From Eledone cirrhosa (Eukaryota), in contig OZ024759.1 in NCBI GenBank assembly GCA_964016885.1, positions 22,196,001 through 22,260,000 on the forward strand: a DNA stretch of 64,000 nt, given 5' to 3'. Position numbers and translations under genes: made by a program. The notes below the pieces were generated by a model. It ran no database searches. It had not been told where the DNA came from and worked only from the letters and a program-made list of their open reading frames with translations. Below, piece after piece: positions 41,185-55,214 of the stretch. Each line of letters starts with the position of its first letter. Position 1 is the stretch's first letter.

Positions 41185-42192
41185 GTGGGTGTATTTCTAG
41201 TTTTAAAATAATAATAATAATAATAATGAAATTATTGTGTATAGTGCTCAGGTGCACTACAACTCATCAAAGGTGCATGTATAGTACATAGAATAATGTT
41301 CAAATGTCAGGAAAATGAACAGTGTACGAGTCATGAAATACATGTGCGTATGTATGGAGGGGGAATATTAGGTGTAGTGTTGGCGAATCTCAGGAAGCAT
41401 GGAGGTTTTAAAGGGTGCAGTGTCTCGACAGCTAACAACTGATGCAGATAGTTTGTTCCATGCTTCAGCAACTCTGAGCGTGAAAAAATGTTTCCGAAAG
41501 TCATGGGAGCTGTGCTGTTTTCTGACTTTGTAGACATGCCCATGTGTGTTCGACACATTGAATTCAAAAAGATTCTCGGGGTTGTTGTTGGCAAGATGGT
41601 TAATGATTTTGTGGGTGTTTACCAAGTCAGTTACCAGACGTCGGAGCTTCAATTATTTCATTTGTTTTGCTAGGATTTTGATATGAAATCATGTGTTGAA
41701 AAAGATAGTTATATTTGGGGATGGTTAGGTTGTCTGAATATTGGTTTCAGATTTAAGCACAAGGCTAGCAATTTGGGGGGAGGAGAAAGTCGATTAAATC
41801 AACCCCAGTTCATTACTGGTACTTTATTTTATCGACCCCTTTAAGGCTGAAAGGTAAAGCTAACCTCGGAGGTATTTGAACTGGAATGTAAAGCCATGAG
41901 TCATGTTGTCTGCCACTCTACTGATTACTCTCAAAATAATAATAATAATGATTTCTGATTTAGTCACAAGGTCAGCAATTTGGAGGAGGGAAAGTCAATC
42001 AAATCGACCATAGTGTGTTACTGGTACTTTATTTTATTGATGACCCTGTAAAAATGAAAGGCAAAGTTAACCTCAGCAGGATTTGAACTCAGAATGTAAT
42101 GCAACATAACTCTATGCTGCAAAGCATGTTGTCTGACACTCTACCAATTCAGCCAATCCATAATAATAATAATAATCTTTCTGTCTTGTCAG

Positions 42193-42280
42193 TTTTTGTA
42201 CACTGAAACCTGGTGATGTAATTATAACTGGGACCCCACTTGGTGTTGGTGTGTTCAGTAAACCTCCAGAATTTCTAAAG
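42193..42280 (+). CDS. FAHD2A: FAHD2A exon 6
   Basis: gtcag| ... |gtaagt. [29 protein letters not shown]. Confidence 0.95.
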
Positions 42281-43191
42281 GTAAGTACCAGCTAAATTAT
42301 TTTTTCATTCCTTTATTGGTTTCAGTTATTAGAATGTGGCCATGTTAGAGCGTTGTTTAAAAGAAATTTAGTCTAATCATATCAACCCCAGTATCTTTTA
42401 CTGGTTTCAGTCATTAGAATGTGGCCATGCTGGAGCGCTATCTTAAAAAGATTTAGTATAATCATATTAACCCCAGTATCTTTTTACTAGTTCCAATCAT
42501 TAATCTGCGACCCTACTGGGATACTGCCTTGATTTAGTCTATCATTTCAACCTCAGTACCCTTTTACTGGTTTCAGTCATTAGACTGTGGTCATGGGTAG
42601 AAAGCAAGACTCTAAATGTGTGGTTAGGCAGAAGGCAAGACTATGAAATGTGTGTTTTGATGGAAGGCTGGATTGTGAAATGTGTGTTTGTTAATTCAAG
42701 TGATGTAAAATATATTTAGGTGGAAGACAGAGCTATGAAATGTTTGTTTTGGTGGAAAGCTGGATTGTGAAATGTGTGTTTAGGTGGATGCATGGTTGGG
42801 GGAGTCGTAGGGGCACTGCATTGACATACGGTGTTTCTAGAGCATCTTTTATAAACCTGGTGGAGCCTATCTCCTCTCCATGTCAGAAAAAAGCAGATTT
42901 CTTCCAGAGAAGGATAAAGAGAGAGAGAGAGAGAAGGGAGAAAGTGATATAGAGTAAGAACCGACCTCAGTATTAGACTGGTACTATTTTATCGACCTTG
43001 AATGGATGAAAGGCAAAATTAGCCACTGCAGGATTTAAGCACAAAGAGCAGAAAGTTGGAACGAATACCGCAAAGTAGACTATCCAACGTCCTAATGACT
43101 GCCAATTCACCGCTTTCTACTTACAAAAACAAAACAAAACAAAACATTTCTTTGTTTTAATTCTATATTCTATTTTTTATTTTCATTTCAG

Positions 43192-43254
43192 CGCGGCGAC
43201 GTGGTTGAATGTGAGATCGATGAAATTGGGACAATATGTAATCAAATTGTGTAA
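43192..43254 (+). CDS. FAHD2A: FAHD2A exon 7 (terminal)
   Basis: ttcag|. RGDVVECEIDEIGTICNQIV*. The seven exons sum to 879 nt = 292 aa + stop. Confidence 0.95.
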   Translation, partial: RGDVVECEIDEIGTICNQIV

Positions 43255-44227
43255 CAGCTACCTCCAACAAGCTGGGGGTCACATTCCCTGAGCTCCCGCT
43301 GAAAAATATGTTGTTTCTATTATTGGTGGATTGGCAGTATCGGTAGAGGGTCGGACGCCATGCTTTGCAGCATAGAGTTACGGCCCTTTATGATCCGAGT
43401 TCAAATCCCGCCGAGGTCAACGTTGCCTTTCATCCTTACGGGGTCGATAAAATAAAGTACCAGTCATGCACTGGGGTCGATTTAATTGACTTTCCCCTCC
43501 CCCAAAATTGCTGCCCTTGTGCCTATATAAGAAACCATTGTTTTTTTTACACCCCCCCCCCCCCCCCTCCTCTCCGCCACACACACACACACACTGTACC
43601 ATCCAGTGTCATCTTTATTGTTTGCTCAATGCCTGCCATGTATGGCTAATAAAGAAATTGTTATTATTATCATTTTTTTTTAGTCTTCTTTATAAAGCTT
43701 TCCCTCATACAAAAAACCCCACTGTACTGTATTTTTGTCCTCTTAATGTAAGCCTGGTGTGGCTAATAAAGAAACTATTATCATTATTTCCTGCCGAGGT
43801 TATCTTTGCCTTTCATCCTTACAGGGTCAATAAAACAAAGTATCAGTAATTCACTGGGGCTGATTTAATCGACTTTCCCCTCCCCTAAAATTGCTGGCCT
43901 TGTGTCTAAATCAGAAGCCATTATTATTATTATTATTATTTATTAGAATAAATGAGAATTTTGGCACTATGCAGCAGCCTACATGTTCAGGGATTGGTTT
44001 AGCTCTCAATACCAAAATTTGGTGCTAGTCATTTCAAGATGTTCCATATATATCATCATCATCATTGTCAGTATCACCATTTAATATCCATTTTCCACAT
44101 TAGCATGGGTTAGACGAGTTGTTTCATTGTGAGACAAGTTCGATCAGATGATCGTGTCTTGCTCACACAGAAATATATACATATATAGACGTTAACAATG
44201 ATGATGATGATGATGATGATATATTAG

Positions 44228-44556
44228 TCAGGTCAGGCTTCTACCTGCTACTGGTACCATGTAACCCAGTACAACCTGCTTCATGGTCAATATCAAGCCA
44301 GGTCAGGCTTCTGTTTGCTACTGGTACCATGTAGCCCAGTACAACCTGCTTCATGGTCAATATCAAGCCAGGTCAGGCTTCTGTCTGCTACTGGTACCAT
44401 GTAGCCCAGTACAACCTGCTTCATGGTCAATATCAGACCAGGTCGAGCTTCTGTCTGCTACTGGTACCATGTAGCCCAGTACAACCTGCTTCATGGTCAA
44501 TATCAGGCCAGGTCAGGCTTCTGTCTGTTACTGGTACTATGTAACCCAGGACAACC
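44228..44556. repeat. 70-bp tandem repeat, about 4.5 copies
   Basis: Identical pseudo-ORFs start at 44283, 44353 and 44423. Confidence 0.95.
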
Positions 44557-45072
44557 CTTATGGTTGAGTGGTCAGCGACTAAGCCAGCTCCTCCACCAGA
44601 CCCTGGCCTAGTGAGGAGGGTAAGTGGAACCCCAGCAGCACAAAAAACAAGAGCTGTTAAAACTCCTCAGAGTCAGCGGCCATCCACTCCAACTATGGGT
44701 TAAATAGCCTCACCAACCTGCAATTGGACAAGTGTGGTGAGTACAGCTACACCCCTCACATAACCAAAAACCAAACAGAAAGTGGTGGAGGTCAAACATG
44801 GAGGGGTTCCTCCAACAGGAGTATGAAGGCCCTGGATTGGATATCGAGCAACAAACAGTTGAAGGTGGGCATCACTCATATATGTATTGGTGCATATATG
44901 TAAATATAAAAAAAATTATCCGGGAAAGACTGCCCTAACACCGGACAGAGTTACCTCCCTTGACCTGCTGCAAAATCAAAATAAGATATTTTTGCGAGCA
45001 ATGAATCTTGATGTAGATTTAACCTCCAAAACTCTTTCCGAACTATATAAGGAACACTTGTGATTACTTATG

Positions 45073-45108
45073 CCCTTGAGAAGCCCAACTGGGCGAAACG
45101 TACGTAGG
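45073..45108 (+). ncRNA. Minimal hammerhead variant with U3-A8 core
   Basis: CC-UUGAGAA-GCCC-AACU-GGGC-GAAA-CGUACG-UA-GG. Perfect stem II and palindromic stem III, but only a 2-bp stem I. AATAAA follows shortly after. Confidence 0.6.
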
Positions 45109-45774
45109 TGATATTTTAAATAAACATGTTTTAACGGTCTATTCTCCGATTTTTTACTTTCCCACGTGCTTACGCTCTGCTAACTCTCTAGCCCACTAAA
45201 TATTAACACTTCGAATATTTAATACTGCCGGCACTAGTATCGAGCACCTTTGGCATACGCTACTTGGCAAATAACTATATGTATCACCTATCCCTCCTTT
45301 TTCTCTCTTTCTCGATACGTAAATACTATATATGTAAATATATGTGTCCTCTGATTTTGTTTTAACTCCCGTAAAGTTGAGTAAAAATTAGGCAGTAATT
45401 GACTGCTTCTTCTAACAATGCCATTACTCGCCATCAGTCTACCCTTCACTACCTTTCTATCTTGACCATTAGCCTTTTGAATCTATTACTGGCAGCGATC
45501 TCTTTACAAAAAAAGACCTGACTGACGGAGTCTCTTGAAAAGTTTGAAGCCTCACAGAGAGGCTGCAATTGCAGCGAATTTGCATTTTTTCTACGTAGCA
45601 CAGGCGAAAGTCCCAGCAGTCAGTACTAACGGAGAGTAATTTTGTAACGTTTGTCTATTTTTCTTCACACTTTATTTTAGATTTTGCTCAGATTAATTGA
45701 TTATTCATTTAGTTAATTCCTCTGAACAACAAAGAAAAGTTAGGTAAATTTTGTCTGTTTATTCTTCACACTTA

Positions 45775-45844
<70 letters not shown>

Positions 45845-45977
45845 GAGGTTATATTTAATTTGTTGGGATACAACAAGCTTAAAAATATTTTTATAACTGA
45901 TATAAAGCACTCAACAAATTATTGGAGTAAATATACAATATATTAACAAATGGAAACAATATTTATAAAACCATATT

Positions 45978-46043
45978 TATTTCATTATACATATTTCAAG
46001 GGCCACCAAAGCAAACTATGGTGCGCTTTCATCAGATAAAATA
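45978..46043 (-). ncRNA. Type I hammerhead ribozyme motif (left arm of inverted repeat)
   Basis: Reverse complement of 46275-46340. Confidence 0.78.
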
Positions 46044-46274
46044 TAATATAGGTTAGTTTTATAAATAAATATTGACATACCCTTAAAAAATGCAACCATT
46101 CTGGGTTAGACGAGTTGTTTCTTTGAGACAAGTTCGATCAGATGACCGTGTCTTGCTCACACAGAAATATATACATATATAGACGTTAACAATGACTATC
46201 CAGGAGATTCCAACCAGAATGGTTGCATTTTTTAAGGGTATGTCAATATTTATTTATAAAACTAACCTATATTA

Positions 46275-46340
46275 TATTTTATCTGATGAAAGCGCACCAT
46301 AGTTTGCTTTGGTGGCCCTTGAAATATGTATAATGAAATA
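46275..46340 (+). ncRNA. Type I hammerhead ribozyme motif (right arm of inverted repeat)
   Basis: UAUUUUAU-CUGAUGA-AAGCGCACCA-UAGUUUGCUU-UGGUGGCCCUU-GAAA-UAUGUA-UA-AUGAAAUA. Confidence 0.78.
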
Positions 46341-47844
46341 AATATGGTTTTATAAATATAGTTTCCATTTGTTAATATATTGTATATATATATAAATGAA
46401 AAGTATAGAAATTATTGTGAGCAAGAAGCCAACAGTATTTCATAATATATATATATAAACATTTATACTCTATGTATTGAGTACCTTACTTACTGTGGTT
46501 ACTCCCGATTGAACTCAGGATAAACTTATATATATATATACTTAATAAGTTAGGATATGTAATTTCTACTACTACTACTACTAAGCATCATCATCATCAT
46601 CATCTTTAGTTCATCATGGAACATTAGTTGATGACAAGAGATCTCCATTCCATAAGGGTGCAAGCCTTGTCATGTAGCAACACTCATAACAATGGTTTCC
46701 AAATTTAATGCCAAGTCAGCTACCTAGGGCAGGGGAAAGTTGATTAATTTGTTCACCAACCCCCACCCGATCTCCAGTTCATGACTGGTACTATATTTTA
46801 CTGAACCCAGTTAGAATGAAAAGAGAACTTGACTTTGGCAGGACTTGAACTCAGAACATAAAGGGTCATACATAGATACTGCGCAACATTTTGTCTGATC
46901 CTGTTGATAAAGTATAATGATAATTGTTTCTACTTTAGGCACAAGGCCAGCAATTACCCAGTGCATTACTGGTACTTTATTTTATCGACCCCCGTAAGGA
47001 TAAAAGGCAAAGTTAACCTCGGTTGGATTTGAACTCAGACGATACAGTGATTGGCCCTCTACTGATAATTGTTTCTCATTTAAGCACAAAGCCAACAATT
47101 TGCTGGGAAGGGAAAGTCGATTAAATCAACCCCCAGTGCATTATTGGTATTTTTATTTTATCAACCCCCGAAAGGCAAAGCTAACTTTTGCAGGATTTGA
47201 ACTCAGAATGTAAAGGGTCGTACATAAATGTTGCGCAACATTTTGTCTGACCCTGCTGTGATGTGTTGTTTCCTTGAGCAAGACACTTTATTTCACATTG
47301 CTCCAGTTTACTCAGCTGTAGAAATGAGATGATAGGGACTGGGGCCCCTATCATTCCACTGAAAAGTGGTCGTGGAGGTGCCACGGCAAAAAAGCACCCA
47401 GCACTCACTGTAAATGAGGTTGGTGTTAGGAAGGGCATCCAGCTGTAGAAATCAAGCCAGAATCAGTTCCCGTCCCACCCTTGCAAGCAGGGAAAAGCGG
47501 ACGTAAAAATGATGATGATGATGCTGATAAAACATAATAATAATTTCAATAATTGTTTCTACTTTTGGCACAAGGCTAACAATTACCCCAGTGCATCACT
47601 GGTACTTTATCCACTGCCCTTATAATATTATTAATGATAATTGTTTCTACTTTTGGCACAAGGCCAGCAATTACCCCAGTGCATTACTGGTACTTTATTT
47701 TATCGACCCCGTAAGGATGAACGGCAAAGTCAACCTCGGCGGGATTTGAACTCAGATCGTAAAGGGACGTAACTATGCTGGAAAGCATGGCGTTCAACTC
47801 TCTACCGATACTGCCAACCCACCACCCTGATGATAATAATAATA

Positions 47845-47922
47845 TCATTTTTGTTTCTTGGGAGTTTTCTTGGAATTCTTATTTTTCTTGTTGTCAGTCT
47901 TCTTCTTCTTCATCTCTGGTTC
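47845..47922 (-). CDS. OGG1: OGG1 exon 6 (terminal, Lys-rich NLS-like tail)
   Basis: tttttttaag|, phase 0. [25 protein letters not shown]. Total CDS 996 nt = 331 aa + stop. Confidence 0.75.
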   Translation of the reverse strand, partial: EPEMKKKKTDNKKNKNSKKTPKKQK

Positions 47923-47934
47923 CTTAAAAAAATA

Positions 47935-48009
47935 GAATATATATATACACAAATACATATTTTTTTAAATATATATATATATATATATATATTTATAAAT
48001 ATTTATATT

Positions 48010-48041
<32 letters not shown>

Positions 48042-48359
48042 TATATTTATATATATATTTATATATATATATTTATATATATATTTATATATATATTTAT
48101 ATATATATATTTATATTTATATATATATATTTATATTTATATATATATTTATATTTATATATATATTTATATATATATATTTATATTTATATATATATTT
48201 ATATTTATATATATATTTATATATATATTTATATTTATATATATATTTATATATATATATTTATATATATATATTTATATATATATATTTATATATATAT
48301 ATTTATATATATATATTTATATATATATATTTATATATATATATTTATATATATATATT

Positions 48360-48393
<34 letters not shown>

Positions 48394-48749
48394 TATATAT
48401 ATATATTTATATATATATATTTATATATATATATTTATATATATATATTTATATATATATATTTATATATATATATTTATATATATATTTATATATATAT
48501 TTATATATATATTTATATATATATTTATATATATATTTATATATATATTTATATATATATTTATATATATATTTATATATATATTTATATATATATTTAT
48601 ATATATATTTATATATATATTATATATATATTTATATATATATTATATATATATTTATATATATATTTATATATATATTATATATATATATATTATATAT
48701 ATATTTATATATATATATATTATATATATATTTATATATATATATATAT

Positions 48750-48780
<31 letters not shown>

Positions 48781-48795
48781 TATATATATATATAT

Positions 48796-48828
<33 letters not shown>

Positions 48829-48847
48829 ATTTATATATATATATATT

Positions 48848-48896
<49 letters not shown>

Positions 48897-48915
48897 ATTT
48901 ATATATATATATATT

Positions 48916-48950
<35 letters not shown>

Positions 48951-49079
48951 ATTTATATATATATATATTTATATATATTTATATTTATATATATATATTT
49001 ATATATATTTATATATATATATTTATATATATATATTTATATATATATATTTATATATATATATTTATATATATATATT

Positions 49080-49113
<34 letters not shown>

Positions 49114-49381
49114 TATATATATATATTTATATATATATATTTATATATATATATTTATATATATATATTTATATATATATATTTATATATATATATATAT
49201 ATATATTTATAAATATATATTTATAAATATATATTTATAAATATATATATATATATATATATATTTATAAATATATATATATTTATATATATATATTTAT
49301 ATATATATATTTATATATATATATTTATATATATATATTTATATATATATATTTATAAATATATATTTATAAATATATATT

Positions 49382-49431
<50 letters not shown>

Positions 49432-49696
49432 AATATATATATATTTATAAATATATATATATTTATAAATATATATTTATATATATTTATAAATATATAT
49501 ATATTTATATATATTTATAAATATATATATATTTATAAATATATATTTATATATATATATTTATAAATATATATTTATATATATATATTTATAAATATAT
49601 ATTTATAAATATATATATATTTATAAATATATATATATTTATAAATATATATATATTTATAAATATATATATATACATATACATATATACATATAC

Positions 49697-49729
<33 letters not shown>

Positions 49730-49802
49730 CATATACATATATACATATATATATACATATACATATATACATATACATATATACATATATATATACATAT
49801 AC

Positions 49803-49839
<37 letters not shown>

Positions 49840-49990
49840 CACACATGCATATATTTGTATATAAATATACAAATATATATATATACACATGCATATATAT
49901 ATGTACATATATATACCCATATATATATGTATATATATATACACACATATATATACCCATATATATATGTATATATATATACCCATATAT
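47935..49990. repeat. About 2-kb (TA)n/(TATATTTA)n low-complexity tract filling the last OGG1 intron
   Basis: Almost purely A/T. Similar compound microsatellite blocks at about 2300-2700, 34545-36010 and 62118-62480. Confidence 0.97.
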
Positions 49991-50003
49991 AATTGCTACT
50001 CAC

Positions 50004-50048
50004 CTCAGTTTTATCTTTAAATCGTTTGAGGTCAGTTGCAAACAAGAC
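50004..50048 (-). CDS. OGG1: OGG1 exon 5
   Basis: cttag| ... |gtgagt. [15 protein letters not shown]. Confidence 0.92.
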
Positions 50049-50492
50049 CTAAGAAAATAACAATTAAAAATTAATTAATGTAATCAATCTGAATTATATT
50101 ATCTAAATGACATAACCAGATAAAACTACTCTATTACGCTATAATACAAGATGGACTGTACATGATGATGGCAATGGCAAGGGTGTTGATGAGGATAATG
50201 ATGATTGTGATGCTGATTGTGGTGTTGATGATGGTGATGATGATGATGACAATAGTGCCATTCCACCATCCTTAATGATAACAATAATTCTTTCTTTATT
50301 GGCAACAATAGTAATACTAATAATAATGTTTTTGTTTGTTTCACATTGGTGCAAGATCACAGATTTTGGCCCTAGATGTAGGGTGATGTAACTAAACACA
50401 GTTTTTGACTGGTATTTATTGTATAGAAGTGAAGGGATAGGTTTTAAAATAAGAATGACAAAGAAATGTCCATAAAATATCTAACGACTTAC

Positions 50493-50542
50493 TGTTTGAG
50501 CCCATCCTGCATATTCACCCCAAATATTTTGAAAATGGTTTC
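50493..50542 (-). CDS. OGG1: OGG1 exon 4
   Basis: ttcag| ... |gtaagt. GNHFQNIWGEYAGWAQT. Confidence 0.95.
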
Positions 50543-51105
50543 CTGAAATAGAAATTTAACCAAAGGTACTCAATACATAGCAGAGTATAAATATTTAATA
50601 TAGAAATGACTTCTACAGGACTAGAACTGTTTTATTTGGAAGAAATCATGATGATTTCTTCTGAATGATACAGTTCTCATCCCGTTGAAGCCATTTCTAT
50701 ATTAAATATATATATATAGTAGTAATAATAAATACAAAGACCAAAATACCACCACCATAACCCCAATACCCACATCAATAAAACCACATCAATACAACCA
50801 CACCAATACCATCACCACAACCACACTAATACCACCACCACTACCACCACCACAACCATAGAAAATATTACATTAGCCTTTTACCATTTAAACTGGCCAT
50901 ATCTGGCCAGAATTCTCTCACCTCTTTTTGTTGAAACTGGCTGCTCATACTTAGGTTAAGGTATTGTTCTCAAAATAAATAATATCAAAATGTCATAGAT
51001 TCGATATTATGTAAGATAAAATGTTTACCGTGAAAATACAATAGTATATATAAAGTAATGTAAATGTCAAAGGGTTAGACAACAAGTGAACAAATCAACA
51101 CAAAC

Positions 51106-51250
51106 CTATTTCGTTGTAACATTTTGTGGAGACTGACTGTTTCCCTTGAAGTTCTGGCAAATAATTGCGACTTGTAATTTGTAAAACATGTGTGTCTACT
51201 GGAATGGCCGCAGTTTTATCCAGGGACATTAAACACACACAGTCAGCAAC
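51106..51250 (-). CDS. OGG1: OGG1 exon 3
   Basis: acag| ... G|gtttgt. VADCVCLMSLDKTAAIPVDTHV contains the catalytic Asp. Confidence 0.95.
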
Positions 51251-52142
51251 CTGTAGAAGAAAGGAAACATTAAAATAGAGAGAAATATTATTTTGTTTAA
51301 GGAAGGCAATGAATTGACAGAGGTGGTGGCTTTTCGACACTTGCACTAGTTGGACGGGTCCTTCTCAGCATGGCATCTCTCCACATGTCCTGATACTTAG
51401 TCATCATCTCCGTGGGTCTCAGTGATTTGAGGTCAGCTCTTAACCTCTGCCCAAGTCTTTCTTGGCTTACCTCCACCACAGCTTCTTTCCACTGGCAATT
51501 CTTCACACAACGATCATTGTCGAAAAGCATCACATGTCCATACCAATGCAGTCTTCTCTCCAACACACCACCTCAGATTCCTCTTAAACTCAGCTTCTCC
51601 CTCAACTCATCCAAGCTCTGCCTGACTCTCACACTTACATTGCACATCCAATGGAGCATGGTTGCTTTATTTCTCTCCAGTCTATGCATGTCCTTTTCAG
51701 TCACAGCCCATGTTTCACTACCATGCAGCATTGGACTTCACACACAGGCATCATACAATCATCCTTTTGTACGTAGGGAGAGACGTTTTGTGGTCAACAG
51801 TGGGAGTAGCTCTCTGAATTGGTTTCCATTCTATCTTTATTCTAGCTATTATGTCCCCTTTCTAACAGAAGCTATCAACCATCTCTGTGGGTCCTTCCTG
51901 TGACTGGAATAGCTTTATATCACTAGCTATCTTCCCCTCGGTTACTCCTGTGCATCTACTAACAAAGTCTTCCCTTCCTGTTAGTCTACTTGTTATCCCA
52001 CTACATCTCGTGTACCCAAGAGTTACATTTTGTACATCGTATGGAGTTTATGCCTACTCCCTTTCTACATATTGAACAGGGCCACCTCCCGGAAGTAATT
52101 TACTTTATTCCTCACTATATAAACAGACACACACACACACAC

Positions 52143-52178
<36 letters not shown>

Positions 52179-52256
52179 CTATGCTCTGCTGCTCTTTGTA
52201 TATTTAAAAATCTGACAACATAAAAACAAAAAAAAGTGGTTGTAATTAAGTCTCAC

Positions 52257-52851
52257 CTTGGCACCAACTCCAGTTAATTTTTGGAGCTCTTCTTTAGCCT
52301 GTCCATACGATGCTTTACGGAGATTATATAACCAATCCACTCCGTTTTCTAGAGAAGCAATATATTTAGCACTCTTACTGATATATCCAGCTCGGTAGCC
52401 AAAACCAAGTTCCTTTAACTTTTCTTCAACTCCAATCGCAGACAATGCATCAACAGTCGGGAACGTATGGTACGTTTTCCCTTCAAAACTGCCAAGTTCT
52501 ATTCCGTAATGGCAGCAGAGTTTATCAATCATTGACGTAATCCGTTCTATGTTGTTATTTGATGAGCAGATGAAAGAGAAAATATTTTCAACGGGATCCT
52601 GTCGTAGCACTCGTATTCCTTGAAATTTCGGTCCAACCGTTTTGCAGAAGACAGGGTCAGCCTGCCTCCATTTTTCATACAAATCTTTTACACTAATATC
52701 TAACTGAAAATAATTGCTTAATTCTTGCTGACAGTCTTTTTGGTTTCCACTTGATGCTTGGTACAATATATTGCCTTCTTCATCTTGTCTGAGATGCCAT
52801 ATTTTGTTGGCAAATACTCCACTCCAAGCAGAAGAACTTGTATTACTCCAT
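52257..52851 (-). CDS. OGG1: OGG1 exon 2
   Basis: caag| ... |gtgaga. GIRVLRQDPVENIFSFICSSNNNIERI, LGFGYRAGYI, HhH motif LTGVGAK with the catalytic Lys. Confidence 0.97.
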
Positions 52852-54774
52852 CTTGATAGCACAGAGGAAAAAGAAAGAGAAAACTATAATAATTCTTCCT
52901 AATATTGCAGTAATGCGCCAACTTCAGCATTTGGTAAACAGAAAAAGGGAGGTAGGTGTAAAAGCCAAACTCACTATCTTCAAGTCGGTATTCATGCCCA
53001 CCCTTATCTATGGTCATAATCTTGGGTAATGACCAAAAGAATATGATCGCGAATACAAGTGGTCGAAATGGGGTTCCTCCAAAGGGTCTTTGGAATAACG
53101 TTACTCAATACACTGCGTAGCTCGGAGGTGATTGTCACTCCACGTAGAACCACTATTTCTCCAAATTCACAGCTCTGATCTATGAACATGTGATTAGAAT
53201 ACCCCAGGAAAGAATCACTGGACAGATTTTACGGGCAAAACCAACCGACAGGAGACTCAGGGTTAGACGCTAAGCAAGATGGTTAAATGAGCTCGACTGT
53301 TTCGTTTGGTGATCCAGCCAAATCAATTGGAGCTGGTTGCTTCTGACAGGACCTGATGGAGGGAGTGTTTGAGGACTCTGCTCCCACGACCCTCTCAGGA
53401 ATAAGTCGGAGTAGAAAGGATGGATATATATATATAATTTTTGGTGATTTTGCCTTAAAGAATAAAAACTAATATAATAAAAGTATATTTTTTAAAATGG
53501 GGCACCTGAGAATGTTGCTCTAAGCTATAGCTTATAAATAAGTCCAGTACTGTCGCCACCCGAGAACTCCGTAACAAGAAGAAAAAATACAAACAATTAA
53601 CAAAACAATCGGACGGTTCACTCATTTTCGTTATCCCTTTAATTTATTTGATTAAAAGTGATTAAACATAAGAATGATATTTTAATAATTTATTTCTTGG
53701 ATAAATATTCTTCAACGTATATATATATATGACACAGATGATTAAATGTATGACTAACTTTGGAGAAATAACTATTTACAAGGACAAATGTAAGGGTTAG
53801 AACACAGGACCTTGAGATTGGAAAGGGAACTTTTTATTATAGTAATATGACTATGTATGTTTGTGTGTGTGTATATATTGCTATGGTATGGTCGCGTAAC
53901 TCTTGAGGGGGTCGTAGAGGCGCCGTATTGACATACACGTACGGGTTTTGAGCCCATTTTAAGGCTGGCGGAGCCCATCTCCTCTCCAGGTTTGAATACA
54001 GAAGATTTCTTCCAGAGAAAGCGATCTAAAGGAAGAATCGACTCAATATGAGACTGGTACTTATTTTTATCGACTTCGAAAGGACGAAAGGCAAAGTTCG
54101 CCGAGGCGAGGTGTGAATTCAGAGAGTCGAAATGAATACCGCAAAGCATTCTATCTAACTTTCTAACGACTCTGCTAATTCGCCGATGTGTGTGTGTATA
54201 TATTAAAGAGTTACAAACGGATATAGATAGATAAATAGAAAGATCTTATAAAATTGATTTTAAAAATAGTAGACGAAGTGACGGGAAAAACGGACGAAAC
54301 CCTGGTCAGTCCCTTCTCATAAGTCGACCCTCTGGAAGCCCTTGTGATTTTAGGGACAGCCTTGGGTTTCGTCTGTTTTTTCTTTGTCTTCGTCCATGTT
54401 TTTTGTGTATAAATATACAAACACACGTGGTGGTTTATTTTTGTTGATTTCCGCTCGTTAAATCTATAAAATATAAATAACTTAGGATTGTTTATCGGTC
54501 AATTTTCAACGCGACACTTGAGACCGGTGTTGTTCTATAAATTTGCCCTCTTATCGCACTGCGAAATAACTAGAATTATTTATCGTAAGATGACACCAAT
54601 TAATAAAACATGTGTTTAAGTCACACGAGGAACACTATATATATTTATGTATGTGTGTGTATACATACACACACATATATATATATATATAGATATATTT
54701 ATGTGTATATTTTTGCTTTCCTTATTGATCTCATACGATATCCAACTAAAATTAGAAATATCTTTTATTATTAC

Positions 54775-54857
54775 CTGAATGACTGTCCGCAACTCAAAAC
54801 TATATCCAACTGCAATTCAATGAAAGTACAAGGTAAAGTATACCATCGCCCGGACAT
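54775..54857 (-). CDS. OGG1: 8-oxoguanine DNA glycosylase, coding exon 1
   Basis: MSGRWYTLPCTFIELQLDIVLSCGQSF(R), AG|gtaat donor. GQSFRW motif is completed by exon 2. Confidence 0.92.
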
Positions 54858-55055
54858 ATTTAGTGTATTTAGCCTACCTTAGTCGCTTATATCACCAAGC
54901 AGAACGGGGGGGTGCTATATTTCGTTATTGGTATGTCATAATACTTTCACCGTTATAGTGATATATGTAATAAGCAGTTGACGGACCCAGCATATTTATT
55001 AATGCCAGGACCGGTTGTATCTCAGCGTATTCAATAGGCGATGTAAGATACATTC

Positions 55056-55135
<80 letters not shown>

Positions 55136-55214
55136 ATTTAAGCTTGTAAGACCAGCTGATACTGTACTCGATACTTCGGATTCCTTTATTAAGTAGTGGG
55201 ACTTACTACTTATA

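Larger units (their letters stand above)
45843..46386. mobile_element. Penelope-like element end with inverted duplication; second family copy at about 20938-21275
   Basis: About 45935-46102 is inverted at about 46219-46386. Flanked by (TA)n. Shares agaggttatatttaatttgttggga... with 20938. Confidence 0.75.

Noticed and set aside
45515-45630. ctgacgg...gcgaaag possible hammerhead
   Set aside because: Core mismatch and no UH cleavage site or stem III.
47830-49212. 460-aa Ile/Tyr ORF and other YI/CV/HT-rich ORFs
   Set aside because: Translations of (TA)n/(TG)n microsatellites. This one is also antisense to an OGG1 exon and intron.
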